DNA of 64,000 nucleotides from Candidatus Latescibacterota bacterium (GTDB taxonomy: Bacteria; Latescibacterota; UBA2968), in NCBI GenBank assembly GCA_965198115.1, contig OZ240241.1:7488001-7552000 (forward strand). The letters run 5' to 3'. Made by a program: the position numbers and the translations under genes. Every line of letters begins with the position of its first letter. The stretch's first letter is position 1. Positions 43,301 through 54,005 of this stretch are shown here, one piece after another. The notes below the pieces were generated by a model. That model had not been told where the DNA came from, made no database searches, and saw only the letters and a program-made list of their open reading frames with translations.

Positions 43301-44515
43301 GACCTGACGCAGCACGATTCGGCGGGGACGGGAACGGCGTTGCCCGATTCGGTCGCCTATCAGCCGCCGAACGACGCAGACCAAACACAAAGTGGCATCC
43401 AGGTGACCCTGAACGAAGATGGTTCATTCACCCTTCTACAGGTTCCGGGAGGGACCTACGGATTGTTCGCGAAGACATTCCATTACCTGCGTGGACGGAT
43501 TGCGCCCGACAGTCTGCTCGTGAACGACTCGACCGGTGTCGCCGGAAACACGACGTTCAGTTGGGTGGGGATCGATACCACCTTTACTTCAAGCGATCTG
43601 AGGGCGGGCGACGCGAACGACGACAACCAGGTCGACATTGCCGACTTCGGCCTGCTGGGCGCCAACTTCGGCGCTTCGGGTTTTGCGCAGGGAAGCGCCG
43701 CATGGTCGGCCGATTTCAACGGTGACGGTATCGTGAACCTCGCGGACTTCGCGTTGTTGCAGTCGAACTTTGGCGAAGTCGGTATGGGGCCGTCGGTGGC
43801 TACGAAGCCGGTCGTTTCGAGCGCCCGGGTTGCGTGGCTGCCAGCCGAAGAGCCCTCTGGGCCAGCCCGCCTGTGGGCCCGCGACGTGCCGCCTGCGGTT
43901 GGCTACGCGATCGATCTGGTCGTTGGCGACGATGATCAGGTCGTGGAGAGTGCCCTCACGCCGGGCGCCCTCTTCCATCCGTCGAACGCGATGACGCTGA
44001 CGCGCCAGATCCATCGGGGCGACGAGACGATCGTTCGACTGGCGGCCGTCCTTCGCGACCGGAGCGCATCAGTTGCTGGAGACGGCGTTCTGTTCATCGT
44101 CCAGGCGGATCGATTGCCGGACGACGTCCGTGTCGAGCGCGTTCGATTCCTCACACCCGATGGCATCGTGATCGTGGGCCAGGGCAGCGTGCCGATCGCA
44201 GACGGTTTTCCTGTGATTCGGAAGACGAGGTTGTATCAGAACCTGCCCAATCCATTCAATCCGGAGACGGTGATTCCCTTCGAGTTGGCCGATGCGGGTC
44301 ACGTCCGTTTGATGATCTACTCCACGCTCGGACAGGAGATCCGCACGCTCGTCGACGACGTCGTTTCGGTCGGTCGCCACCGCGTTCGATGGAACGGGCG
44401 TGACGAACGTGGGCGTCAGGTCGGCTCGGGCGTGTATCTCTACCGTTTGAGTGTGACCGGACTCGATGGGGTGAGTCGCTATCACGCGGTTAAGAAGGCC
44501 ATTCTGTTGAGATAA
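40385..44515 (+). CDS. Large secreted protein: BNR/VPS10 propeller, FG-GAP repeats, FN3, cohesin-like, dockerin-like and FlgD-Ig/T9SS-like C-terminal domain; split by two frameshifts and one in-frame TAG
   Basis: S.D.G.SW repeats; DLDGDSDLDL repeats; SLSLFIDYD; GDANDDNQVDIADF...DFNGDGIVNLADF; QN.PNPFNPET...GSGVYLYRL. Confidence 0.8.
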
Positions 44516-44576
44516 TCTCACCGCCTGTCGCGCCGGCAGGCTGATCCACCACATCCCACCCCCGTCAGGACACGTT

Positions 44577-45844
44577 GTGCACGCGTCTGTTAGCCGTTTG
44601 GTCTCCGTGATCGCGGTGTTGTGCGCGGCATCTTCGCTCCACGCGTTCGAGCTGTCCATTCAGACATCCGGCGGCGATACGTTGTTTTTCGCTCCGTCCG
44701 GAGACACGGTGACGGTCGAATTGCACGTCGATTCGAGCGGCGAGTCACTGATCGGCGTGGAAGTTTTCCTCTCTTTCGACAATCGACTCTTCGAACCTCT
44801 CGACGCCTCGCTCGATGCGGGTCTCCAGCCCGCGCTGTCGGCTGGCCGTCTGTCCGGTGTCTTCGCGGACTCGGTGATCGAGCTCGGTGACTCCGTGTCC
44901 GTCGTCCACTATGCCGAAGTCGATCTGTCCGGCGTCCAGGTGACCGGACTCTTCGCCTCGATCGATTTTGCCGTCATCGGGGCTCAATCAGGACGAACAC
45001 CCTTCTCCGTCTTGGTCGACTCCGTGAACGATCTGCGAAGCCAGTATGCGATACCCAATCAGGATGGGGCGTCGATCGACGTGCCCCTGCCCGCCGACCT
45101 GATTTTCGAAGACACACCACCCGGTTTACGGCCATCCCCGAGTATTTCATCGTCGAGGACAATCCGTTCACCCTGGAGCTGACGGCGTTGTCCGTCGACG
45201 ACCAGACGGGGGCCGGGTCACTCGTGTGGGAGGCAACGAGTGACGTGGAAGGTGTGGGGCTCGAGATTACGGGAAGTCTTCTGAGCCTGTCGACGCCGCT
45301 CCACTTCAACGGGCCCGTGTCGTTCACGCTCGTGGCGATCGATCCGTCAGGTGGTCGGGATGAGGTGACGACCGTTCTGACGGTCACGCCCGAAAACGAT
45401 CCGCCGATCATCGACCGGACCACGTTGCCGGACACGCTCGAGGTCGGAGCGGCGCCCATCGATCTTGCGATTTTGGTTGACGACGTGGAGGACCCGGCAC
45501 CGCAGCTGAACCTGGCCGTTCTGGCGGGAGACCCTGTGTCTGTCGTGATCACGGGAGACACGGTTACGGTGTCGGTGCCCAACGGATGGGACGGGACCGT
45601 GACCGTGACGGTCCAGGTGAGCGACACCGAAGGAGCGATCGACGAAGTCGTGATTCCGGTCGTAGGCCAGCCGATCCTGTTCGCGGCAGGGGATTTCGAC
45701 CGAAACGGCGCGGTCGACTTCGCCGATTTCCTGGAGTTTGCCGCCGCATTCAATCAGCCGAACCCGACATTCGATCTGGATGGGAGCGGGCTGGTCGACT
45801 TCGGCGATCTGGTCATTTTCGCATCCAGCTTCGGCAGCGGGTAG
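44577..45844 (+). CDS. Secreted cohesin-like, tandem Ig/cadherin-like and dockerin-like protein (frameshift near 45135)
   Basis: Signal peptide; GVEVFLSFDNRLF; VTPENDPP; GDFDRNGAVDFADF...FDLDGSGLVDFGDL. Confidence 0.75.
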
Positions 45845-45969
45845 AAAAGAAGCGAAGCGTTCTCCTGGTGAGTACGAGGACGAGCGCTATGAATGTTCGA
45901 TAAGAAAGAGCGTTGCGCTCGTCCCAGTGCTATGCACAGGGACGCCATCGAAACCTGGGAACAAAGAAT

Positions 45970-46002
45970 AAAGGGGTGACCGCCATCGGCGATCGCCCCT
46001 TT
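45970..46002. terminator. Probable bidirectional intrinsic terminator
   Basis: AAAGGGGTGACCGCC-ATC-GGCGATCGCCCCTTT hairpin between convergent genes. Confidence 0.6.
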
Positions 46003-46032
46003 GCATTTCGTCTTTCGTAGACCATTCAATAA

Positions 46033-47326
46033 GGGTTCGCGAATAAATAAACGGTCGATCTCAATGTTGAGCCATTGGCCGGATCGTGTAGTTCCAGTCG
46101 CCGTGGAAATCGTGCGGAGTGAGATCGATTTGGGTCATCTGTTCATCGGTCACCTTGACCCCGTTAGGGTAGGGTCGCTTGTCGATCTCGGAGCGTACTC
46201 GGAGACCGGCTTGAGTGGTCGTTCCGGCAATGAGATTCACGGTTGCAGCCAGGCTGACCAGGGGCTTGCCTCGCCAGTTCATAGCGATGAAGGAGAACAG
46301 GCGATGTTCGATCTTGTTCCACTTACTAGTGCCAGGAGGGTAGTGGCATACGGTGATCGTCAGGCCAGTGCGATTCGCAAAGCGCTGCAGCTCCCACTTC
46401 CACAGCCGCGTCTTGGCGCCGTTGCTGCCGCCTGCGTCCGCCGTGATTAGCAGATGCGTCGAAGTGCCGTAGGCGGGCCGTCCCATGTTCTTCCACCAAC
46501 TTCGGATCGCATTCACGGCGAAGCTGGCCGTGTCGTGATCGATACCGACACTTACCCAGCCTTCATCACGGCTCAGATCATACACTCCATAAGGGATCGC
46601 CTTGCCCTGAGCAGGCACTATGAAATCGTGTACCTTCACACGCTCCGGGTCTCCCTTGGGTCGCCATTCTCGGCCAGGATTCTTGAAGTCGCCGATCAAC
46701 TCTTTCTTCTTGGTGTCCACCGAGATAACGGGAAGGCCCTGCTGCTGCTGCTGGCTAATCCGATCATCGAGGTAAACGAACTGAGCGTCCCGATCCGGGT
46801 GTGCAGATCCCTCCCTTGTCTTCCGATTCGCCTGCAGCGTGTAATCGTGTTCGTGCAGGAGATTGGCAACGATCCTGGGGCTCACCGAATGCCCCATCGC
46901 TTGCAACTCGGCGGCCAGTTTGCGAGTGCTCTTCGATGTCCATCTCAGAGGATTGTCGTCAGGCGACCCCGCAGTCGTTGGCTCGACCAGATCATTCAGG
47001 TCCTGCCACAGCGTCGGGTCCGTGTCGGCCTTCCGCTTACGACCGCCGCCTGGACGCCGGATGCGAGCCGGGTCCAAAGGTTCGTCCGACCTCAACTCCT
47101 GAATGCCACGAAAGATCCGCTCTCTGGACATTCCTGTCGCCAGAGCCACAATCGCGATCCCACCGTGACCCAACGCTTCGGCTTCCGTGGCGGCCCACAG
47201 ACGACGCGTGCGTTCCGTCAGCACCGGAGCCAAGGCTTCATACTTCGTTCGGAGAGTTTCGACGTCCACACTCCGAGCGTAAGATCATTACCTTGAAAAG
47301 TGCAGCACTTATTTCGTGGCAAACCC
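46033..47326 (-). mobile_element. ISAzo13-family insertion sequence, complete
   Basis: IRs GGGTTCGCGAATAAATAA / GGGTTTGCCACGAAATAA; 3-bp TSD TAA at 46030-46032 and 47327-47329. Confidence 0.93.
46061..47269 (-). CDS. ISAzo13-family transposase
   Basis: ISVDTKKKELIG, PYGVYD, ITADAGGSNG and PPGTSKWNKIEHRLF motifs. Confidence 0.95.
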   Translation of the reverse strand: MDVETLRTKYEALAPVLTERTRRLWAATEAEALGHGGIAIVALATGMSRERIFRGIQELRSDEPLDPARIRRPGGGRKRKADTDPTLWQDLNDLVEPTTAGSPDDNPLRWTSKSTRKLAAELQAMGHSVSPRIVANLLHEHDYTLQANRKTREGSAHPDRDAQFVYLDDRISQQQQQGLPVISVDTKKKELIGDFKNPGREWRPKGDPERVKVHDFIVPAQGKAIPYGVYDLSRDEGWVSVGIDHDTASFAVNAIRSWWKNMGRPAYGTSTHLLITADAGGSNGAKTRLWKWELQRFANRTGLTITVCHYPPGTSKWNKIEHRLFSFIAMNWRGKPLVSLAATVNLIAGTTTQAGLRVRSEIDKRPYPNGVKVTDEQMTQIDLTPHDFHGDWNYTIRPMAQH

Positions 47327-47994
47327 TAAGTCGAGACGAGCTCCTCCGCCGGCTGTTGTGTATCGAGCACGATTTCTGCCGGATTCTGCTGTGCACGGCT
47401 CTTCTTGGTGAGATGCTTGCTGACACGCCTGTAGAGCAGCGCGCACGTGACGACGATCAAGACCAGGGAGATGGCTAGGTTCGGCGTGTTGAGGGCGCTG
47501 CCCATGAGTGCGAACACGTAGTAGCGAGGGAGCCGACCCAGAAAGACAGCCAGCATGTAGCGTTTGAGTGAATAACCGGCCGTCGGGCTCAGGACGCGAA
47601 AGATGTAGAATGGGATGAATGGAGCTGCCGCTGCGACAAAGACGGATAGGAAGGGAGCCTTCAGAAAGTAATGAACCGCCCCCTTGTAAACTTCGCTGTT
47701 CCTGACCTTCTGCAGTTTTTCTAACTGGAAGGCTGCTGTAACAGCCTGGTAGTCGATGAAGCAAACTGCAACAGTGCCGCAAGCCGCAACAGCCGCGACG
47801 AGAGTCGGGTCGTAGTACTGCCCGAAGTAGATCATTCCGATCTCGTGAGGAATCGGAATGAAGGAGTTCGCGGGGATGGCGTAGAAGAACAGATACACGA
47901 GGCCCCGCCATTCGGGCAGGGCGACAGCCGCGCCGATCAGCACCGCACTGATCGGGAGCATGATCGATAAATATCGCTTCCAGGATTTGTTCAT
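47326..47994 (-). CDS. DedA/VTT (SNARE-associated) membrane protein
   Basis: SFIPIPHE, PFIPFYIFR and FLGRLPRYY motifs; multiple TM segments. Confidence 0.75.
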   Translation of the reverse strand: MNKSWKRYLSIMLPISAVLIGAAVALPEWRGLVYLFFYAIPANSFIPIPHEIGMIYFGQYYDPTLVAAVAACGTVAVCFIDYQAVTAAFQLEKLQKVRNSEVYKGAVHYFLKAPFLSVFVAAAAPFIPFYIFRVLSPTAGYSLKRYMLAVFLGRLPRYYVFALMGSALNTPNLAISLVLIVVTCALLYRRVSKHLTKKSRAQQNPAEIVLDTQQPAEELVST

Positions 47995-48212
47995 AGATCG
48001 AAGGATGCTGCTCTCTCCACGTGTGATGAATTAGACGGCTAAATCTAAGGGAGTGGATTTCATAAGTCAATGTTTTAAAGGACTTTCCCCGTGCGCTTAG
48101 ACATTGCCCTGCCTCGTCACCGGGCGTATTTTGGCCTCTGGCGGGGCTTTTCGGGACCCTGTTGTGAGAAACAATCGAGTAAATCCAGATCTCACTTGGG
48201 GGTTGTAAGACG

Positions 48213-49360
48213 ATGAATCAACCAGATTCTGCGCGTGAGAGCCTTCGGGATCAGCTTCGACGAATACTCGACATCCCGGAGGTTCGCTGTGACCTGTCTC
48301 CGGAGTCCCGGGGGCGATTCGATCGTGACGGGCTGGTCGTCGAAAAGTGGATTTGGACGAGCGAGCTCGGATCGCGAGTGACCAGCGTGCTGTATCGTCC
48401 GGACCACCCGACCGGTCCGATGCCCGCGATCGTGATCACCTGCGGGCACGGCGGTAGCAAAAGCCATTGGTCCCTGACTTATATCGGTCAGCTCTACGCC
48501 AGCTTGGGTGTGGCGTGTCTCGTGCTCGACCCGATCGGAGAGGAGGAGCGACACCTGACGGGCGGTCTCGGAACGCGCGCCCACGACCCTGAACCGGTGC
48601 ATACGTGCGCTGATGAGGCCGGAAGGCTTATCATGGGCAAGCTTGTGTTCGACACCATGCGCGGGATCGATTTCCTGCTGACGAGGGCGGATATCGACTC
48701 CGAGCGGATCGGCGTTGCGGGTAACTCCCTTGGAGGCGCGAAGGCGACCTGGATGCTGGCGCTCGACACACGGTTGAAGCTCGGTCTGGTCTCGGGGTGG
48801 GGCTATAGCGATCATCTGACGTCCACGGCAAGTTCTGCACGCGGATTCCGAATCAGCGCATGCGGGTGGCGTGCGATTGGGTCGAATTCCTTGCGCTTGC
48901 CGCCCCCGAGTGTGCGGTGCTGGTTATGAACGGGGATGCGGACGAAATTATCGACGATCGGAAGGACGGGGTCGTGTGGGAGGAGACACGAACCAACCTG
49001 AGCGCCGCGGCCACACATTTCCCTCACGGAAACGTCGGCTGCTGGTTCGAACCGGGTGGCGGTCATCGTCCCTACCACGCTTATGGCGTTGCGCTCGAAT
49101 GGATCAACATTCATCTCGGTACTCCTTTTTGCGACGGCTGAAGAGATTCGAGCGCTCCCAACCATCAACTCGGGGACGTGGTGCGATCGGAACAACCTCG
49201 AGCTGGAAAAACTCTACGGGACTGCGCTTCATCAACGTGGAGCCACGCTTCCCGATCGGGGACTGACTTCGATCCGGCGTGAGGACCTCGCCTGTCTCCA
49301 CGCACACGAAATCGGCGATCCCAATACACGCTCGAGGGTTGGCTCGACCTCATCACATAG
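48213..49360 (+). CDS. Alpha/beta hydrolase (acetylxylan esterase/dienelactone hydrolase-like), frameshifted
   Basis: PAIVITCGHGGSK, DPIGEEER, nucleophile GNSLGG, NGDAD and GGHRPY spread across several frames. Confidence 0.75.
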
Positions 49361-49366
49361 GATGCT

Positions 49367-50632
49367 TAGTGCATGGTTTCATAAACATTATTACGTATGT
49401 TCTGAACATTATTTGTAGCTTATGTTCTCCTTCAAAAGGAGGAGAACAATGCCAAGACGTTCGCCTTATGTGGTGCTACTGTCTGAGAAGGAACGGGTCG
49501 ACCTCGAGCGAATGGCTGGACAATATACGTTATCGTATTATCAAGTGATCCGATCGAAAATCGTGCTTCTCGCCGCCGAGGGATTATCCAACAAGATTAT
49601 CGCCCAACGGTTGGATGTCCCGCGTCCGATCGTAAGCAAATGGCGTAAGCGCTTTTTCGAAGAGCGTCTTTCGGGACTCGAAGATAGATCTCGTCCCGGG
49701 CGCCCGCCCGGTTTTCCCCCCTCAGGTGGTCGTTCAGATCAAGGCGCTGGCGTGTGAACTACCGAGCGAGAGCGGGATACCGCTCTCGCGGTTCAGCTGT
49801 TCCGAGATTGCCGCCGAGGCAGTGCAAAGGGGCTTCGTTGCCAAGATCAGCGGCGCCACTGTCTGGCGCTGGTTGAACGAGGACGCGATTCGTCCTTGGT
49901 ATCATCGCTCCTGGATTTTCCCACGGGACCCGGACTTCCAAACCAAAGCAGGTAGAGTCCTTGATCTGTATCACCGCCAATGGCAAGGAAAGCCTTTAGG
50001 GCCGAGGGAATATGTACTTTCTGCCGACGAAAAGACCAGTATTCAAGCACGAGCTCGCAAGCACGTTACCCTACCGCCAGCCTCGAACAGAGCGGCACGC
50101 GTTGAAACACGAATACGAGCGGAAAGGAGCCCTGGCCTATCTGGCTGCTCTCGACGTGCACAATGGTCGAATCTTCGGTCTCTGTGAGTCTTCTTCGGGT
50201 ATCGAGCCCTTCAACCGGCTCCTGAGCCTGATCATGAGCCGGAAACCCTATTGCTCGGCAAAGAAAGTCTACCTCATCGTGGATAATGGCTCCTCGCACC
50301 GAGGGCAAACATGCATCGACCGTATCCAGGGGAAGTGGCCAAACATCCACCCCGTTCACCTTCCGATCCACGCAAGCTGGCTCAATCAGATCGAGATCTA
50401 CTTCTCGATCCTCAAACGCAAGGCTCTGACACCTATCGAATTTGCATCGCTCGAAGAGCTTGAGGCAAGAATCCTCGGTTTTCAGGAACGCTACGGACGT
50501 ATCGCCACACCCTTCAAATGGAAGTTCACACGAACAGATCTCGCGGAGATGATCGACAAACTCAGGTTCTACGATACGCCCTTGGCAAAGTCTGCTTAGA
50601 ATACGTCACCGTATTTGCGAACAGGAGTACTA
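49367..50632 (+). mobile_element. IS630-family insertion sequence
   Basis: TA-bounded imperfect IRs TAGTGCATGGTTTCATAAAC...ACGTAT / TAGTACTCCTGTTCGCAAAT...ACGTAT. Confidence 0.88.
49449..50599 (+). CDS. IS630 transposase: HTH OrfA plus DDE OrfB, likely programmed frameshift at TTTTCCCCCC (49712-49721), extra indel near 50105
   Basis: R.KIVLLAAEG...KWRKRF...RPGRP; SADEKTSIQAR, HEYER.G, IVDNGSSH and HASWLNQIEIYFS motifs. Confidence 0.9.
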
Positions 50633-50746
50633 AGGCTTCGCGATCTGTCAGGAGCGGTCTCCTGGCCGCAACCTGCTATGATAGATGGGGTAGGAGCGGC
50701 CTCCCGGCCGCGAACAAGACGATGGATTCAAAGGAGTTCTGTTTAA

Positions 50747-51553
50747 ATGGGTATGACCGAAGCTGAAAGATTCCATTTCGACTTGGCGGGATTCCTCGTG
50801 CGACCGGCTATCCTGACGCCCGATGAAGTCATAGAGATCCGCGAGCAGATCTACAAGATCAATCACGAACCGGAATCGCTGCCCCCCGAGCACCGAGAAG
50901 CGCCGGGCGGCCCTTCGAGCATCCTGATCGACCATCCGCAGGTGATCGATGTGCTGGAGGAAACCATCGGTCCCGAGGTTCGGCTCGAGAACGTCGGGAG
51001 TGTGTGGCGCAACAAGGGAGAAGCGCACGGAGGCCTGCACGGCGGAGGCCCTCAGCAAATCGATCCGATTTTCGGTTATCGGGTTCAGGACGGTCGGATT
51101 CACGCGGGGATGGTGCGGGTGATTTTCGAGTTCACCGATATTCGGATGGAAGATGCTTCGACGCACTTCATCGCGGGGAGCCATAAGGCGAACTTCAAGA
51201 TGCATCCCGATCACACGTCGTTGGAGGAGGGGAAGCGCAGTCCCTTCCTCCAGACCTACGAATGTCCAGCGGGGAGTGCTGTCTTCTTCACGGAGAACGT
51301 ATGCCACGCCGGGCCCGTTTGGGAACGCGACGATCCACGCGTGACAATCCTCCACGCCTACGCCCATCTGGCCACTCACTGGCACCGGTTGAAGATTGTG
51401 CCGGAGGTCCTGGCCGGACTCCCACGCGAAAAGCTGGCCTACTTCCGCGAGCCCTGGATCGCCGACTTCAGAACGAAGCCGGCCACGCACAACACGTTCG
51501 AACGATTCGTGGAGAACGACGAACCGCCTGTTAGAACGGATCATATGCCATAG
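50747..51553 (+). CDS. Phytanoyl-CoA dioxygenase (PhyH)-family Fe(II)/2OG enzyme with HGG metal motif
   Basis: FDLAGFLV, LIDHP, LHGGG, IAGSHKANF and FFTENVCHAG motifs. Confidence 0.85.
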   Translation: MGMTEAERFHFDLAGFLVRPAILTPDEVIEIREQIYKINHEPESLPPEHREAPGGPSSILIDHPQVIDVLEETIGPEVRLENVGSVWRNKGEAHGGLHGGGPQQIDPIFGYRVQDGRIHAGMVRVIFEFTDIRMEDASTHFIAGSHKANFKMHPDHTSLEEGKRSPFLQTYECPAGSAVFFTENVCHAGPVWERDDPRVTILHAYAHLATHWHRLKIVPEVLAGLPREKLAYFREPWIADFRTKPATHNTFERFVENDEPPVRTDHMP

Positions 51554-51598
51554 CACCCACCCCGAATCGGGGATCCGGGGCGTCGGAAAGGATGGAAC

Positions 51599-52352
51599 AT
51601 GAGAGTCGGGATGGTGGTCGCGCTACTGACCTCGGTGTCCTCCGTGTCAGCGCAGATACGGAACGGAAATTTCGAGGCGCGTCCCAACAGGGCCTGGATG
51701 ACCGATGGGATCCTTGTTCCAAGAGTGGCGAATGGCGACAAGCCGGTTATCAGGCCGGTGGCCCCGAACCGGTAGCCTTTACGGCTTCATCGGCGATCGC
51801 AACGGGCAGGGCCGCAATGGAGAGAGTCCATCGCGCATATTCCAGCGTTTCGACTGCCCAGATCCGTTTCCAGATACGCTTGCGATCGTCACTTGCGAAG
51901 TGAGACTCCGCTATAGCTCGACCCTGCGCCCTGGCGAATCCGCGGTATTAATCATCGATAACAAGGTCTACAGGATGCCGAACACCGGGGGACAGTGGCG
52001 GGGGCCGATCAGGGTCGACGGAGGTCAGTGCATCGGCAACAAGCTCATACAGTTCAATGTCACGGGTGTGAGGTTGGGCAACGTGGCGGGGGCCCTCTGT
52101 GTCGACGATGTCGAGGCGAAGTGCGTGCTCGGGTGGGTGAATTCCGGTCTGCCGCAAGTGAACGCTTCGATGTTGGATCGTCTTCCGTCGCCCCCAGACT
52201 CAGGCGAGTCGGAACCCGTGCCCTTCGATGAACACCCAATCGACGCACCTGGCGGCAATCGACAGCAGGGCTTGTTCTTCCTCGTGTTGGTTGGCGCACT
52301 CCTGTTTTACGCGATGCTTCGCGTTGTGTCGGGCAATCAATCGGTCCGATGA
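51599..52352 (+). CDS. Exported beta-sandwich protein with C-terminal TM anchor (frameshift near 51770); paralog of next gene
   Basis: Signal peptide MRVGMVVALL..SAQ; NGNFE, GDRNG.G, QRFDC, PNTGG.W.GP and VDDV motifs; C-terminal hydrophobic helix. Confidence 0.6.
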
Positions 52353-53065
52353 CGAGCCTGCTGCTCGCCGTGGTGTTGATTGAAGGCTCGGTCTGTGCAT
52401 CTGTTCCGAATGGCGATTTCGAAACCAGACCGAACTCGGTCTGGTTGACGGACGATGGTGAATCGGTGTCTGGCGACGCGCCCGTCATCGGCCGTGGTCT
52501 TCAAAACAACCACTTCGGCCATTTGGGTGACAGGGATGGGCGTGGGGGAGAGGGTCGGACGCGGAGCCGGTTGTATCAGTCGTTCGATTGCGGTCCGGCC
52601 GAGGGCGATTGTGAAGTCTCCTTCCGATACAAGACGGGTCATGCGTCGGAGACAGTCTACGTGGCCCTGTCGGGGTCGCGGCCACGGAGATCCTGGAGGA
52701 TACCAAACACGGGTGGTCTGTGGTCGGGACCCGGTCGTGTTTTCTGTTCGTTCTCTGATTCGGTGACGCTCGAGTTCGGCCTCGTGGGGGCATCCGACCA
52801 CAAGGTTGCCGCTTATCTCAGCGTCGATGACGTGCGCGGCCGGTCCGTGAGCCGTGGAACGCAGACCCTCGTGCCCCTGAGCGCGGCGCTCACGGACAGT
52901 ATGCTCCGGGGATTCGGAGACGCAGGGTCAGTGGTGCCAGTCCCGTTCGATGTTCTGTCCGAACGACGACCGCGGCCTGTTTCGTTGGTGATCGCTTCCC
53001 TCGTCTTCCTGGGGCTTGTCATCCTGTTTTGGCGAATGTCACGCTCCTGGCGAAGCGGAAACTGA
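52349..53065 (+). CDS. Exported beta-sandwich protein with C-terminal TM and basic tail
   Basis: NGDFE, GDRDG.G, QSFDC, PNTGG.W.GP and VDDV motifs; ATGA overlap with the upstream paralog. Confidence 0.7.
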   Translation: MTSLLLAVVLIEGSVCASVPNGDFETRPNSVWLTDDGESVSGDAPVIGRGLQNNHFGHLGDRDGRGGEGRTRSRLYQSFDCGPAEGDCEVSFRYKTGHASETVYVALSGSRPRRSWRIPNTGGLWSGPGRVFCSFSDSVTLEFGLVGASDHKVAAYLSVDDVRGRSVSRGTQTLVPLSAALTDSMLRGFGDAGSVVPVPFDVLSERRPRPVSLVIASLVFLGLVILFWRMSRSWRSGN

Positions 53066-53120
53066 AGCCGGACGGAGCGGTTCTCTTCGCCGTTCTCATT
53101 CTTGGAAAGGCGTGGATCAC

Positions 53121-53857
53121 GTGACGTCGACCCGACTGACCGTTACACAGAGACAGAAGTATGAAGAGGACGGGTTTGTCGTTTTGCCCGGTGTCTTCCC
53201 GCTCGAGGAGTTGCGTCGTGTGGACCGAGAGTTGGACCGCCTCGTCGCGGACGCTGAAGCGAAGGGGCAAACAGGAACGAGTCACACCGGCCGCAATCGG
53301 AACCCGGGTTGGCTTTTGCAGCTGGGGCTTCGGTCAGAGCTCGCGAGGCGGTTCGTGCAGGATGATCGTGTTCTGGACCTGATTTCGGATATCGTGAGGC
53401 CGGGGATCGCGATTTACTCCGCCAAACTGACGGCGAAGATGCCGCGGTCCACGGATGTCTGTCACTGGCATCAGGACAACGCCTACTACAATCCCCACGC
53501 CGCGAGTGAAACGCGTATGTCGACGTGGATTCCGCTCGTGGATGCAGACGAGGAAAACGGATGCCTGTGGGTGGTGCCGGGTCCCATAAGGGCGGGGTCC
53601 GCGAACACGGCCAGTACGGCGGCCAATGTCCTCAGTCGATGGGGCCTGAGGACATGGTCGCCGAAGGCGCGATTCCGTGCCCAGTTGCGGCCGGCTCGAT
53701 CCTGCTGTTCAGCTCGGACCTGTGGCATCACTCCAAGGGAAACGCGACCGACCACGTGAGACGGGCATTCATCGTGTCGTATCAGGAGGCGACCGTGCCA
53801 CGCGGCAACGGAGACCAGTGGAAGATCCTGCGTCCTGCCAACCCGATACCAGCGTAG
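53121..53857 (+). CDS. PhyH-family dioxygenase (frameshift near 53582)
   Basis: YEEDGFVV, HWHQDNAY, WIPL.DA.EENGCL..VPGSH and WHHS..N.T...RRA motifs. Confidence 0.85.
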
Positions 53858-53872
53858 GAGAGTAGGAGCGAT

Positions 53873-53897
53873 CCTTCGACTTCGCTCAGGGCAGGGC
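53873..53897 (+). repeat. REP-like palindromic element; related copies at ~55110-55149 and 56077-56120
   Basis: CCTTCGACTTCGCTCAGGGCAGGGC; reverse strand at 56077-56120 reads CCCTTCG-[hairpin]-CTCAGGACACGGC. Confidence 0.55.
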
Positions 53898-53937
53898 TTT
53901 CCTGATTACGATCCTCGTCAATCGAACACAGTCATAC

Positions 53938-53971
53938 AAAGAGGCCGTCCGAACTGCAATCGGGCGGCCTT
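53938..53971. terminator. Bidirectional terminator hairpin between convergent genes
   Basis: AAAGAGGCCGTCCGA-ACTGCAA-TCGGGCGGCCTT. Confidence 0.6.
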
Positions 53972-54005
53972 CAATATTCGATTCTCGATGTTCGATCTTC
54001 AATAT
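53971..54005. repeat. Five tandem heptamers (TCRATNY); second array at 56209-56243
   Basis: TCAATAT TCGATTC TCGATGT TCGATCT TCAATAT; and CCAATCC TCGATAT TCGATCC TCGATAT TCAATTC. Confidence 0.75.
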
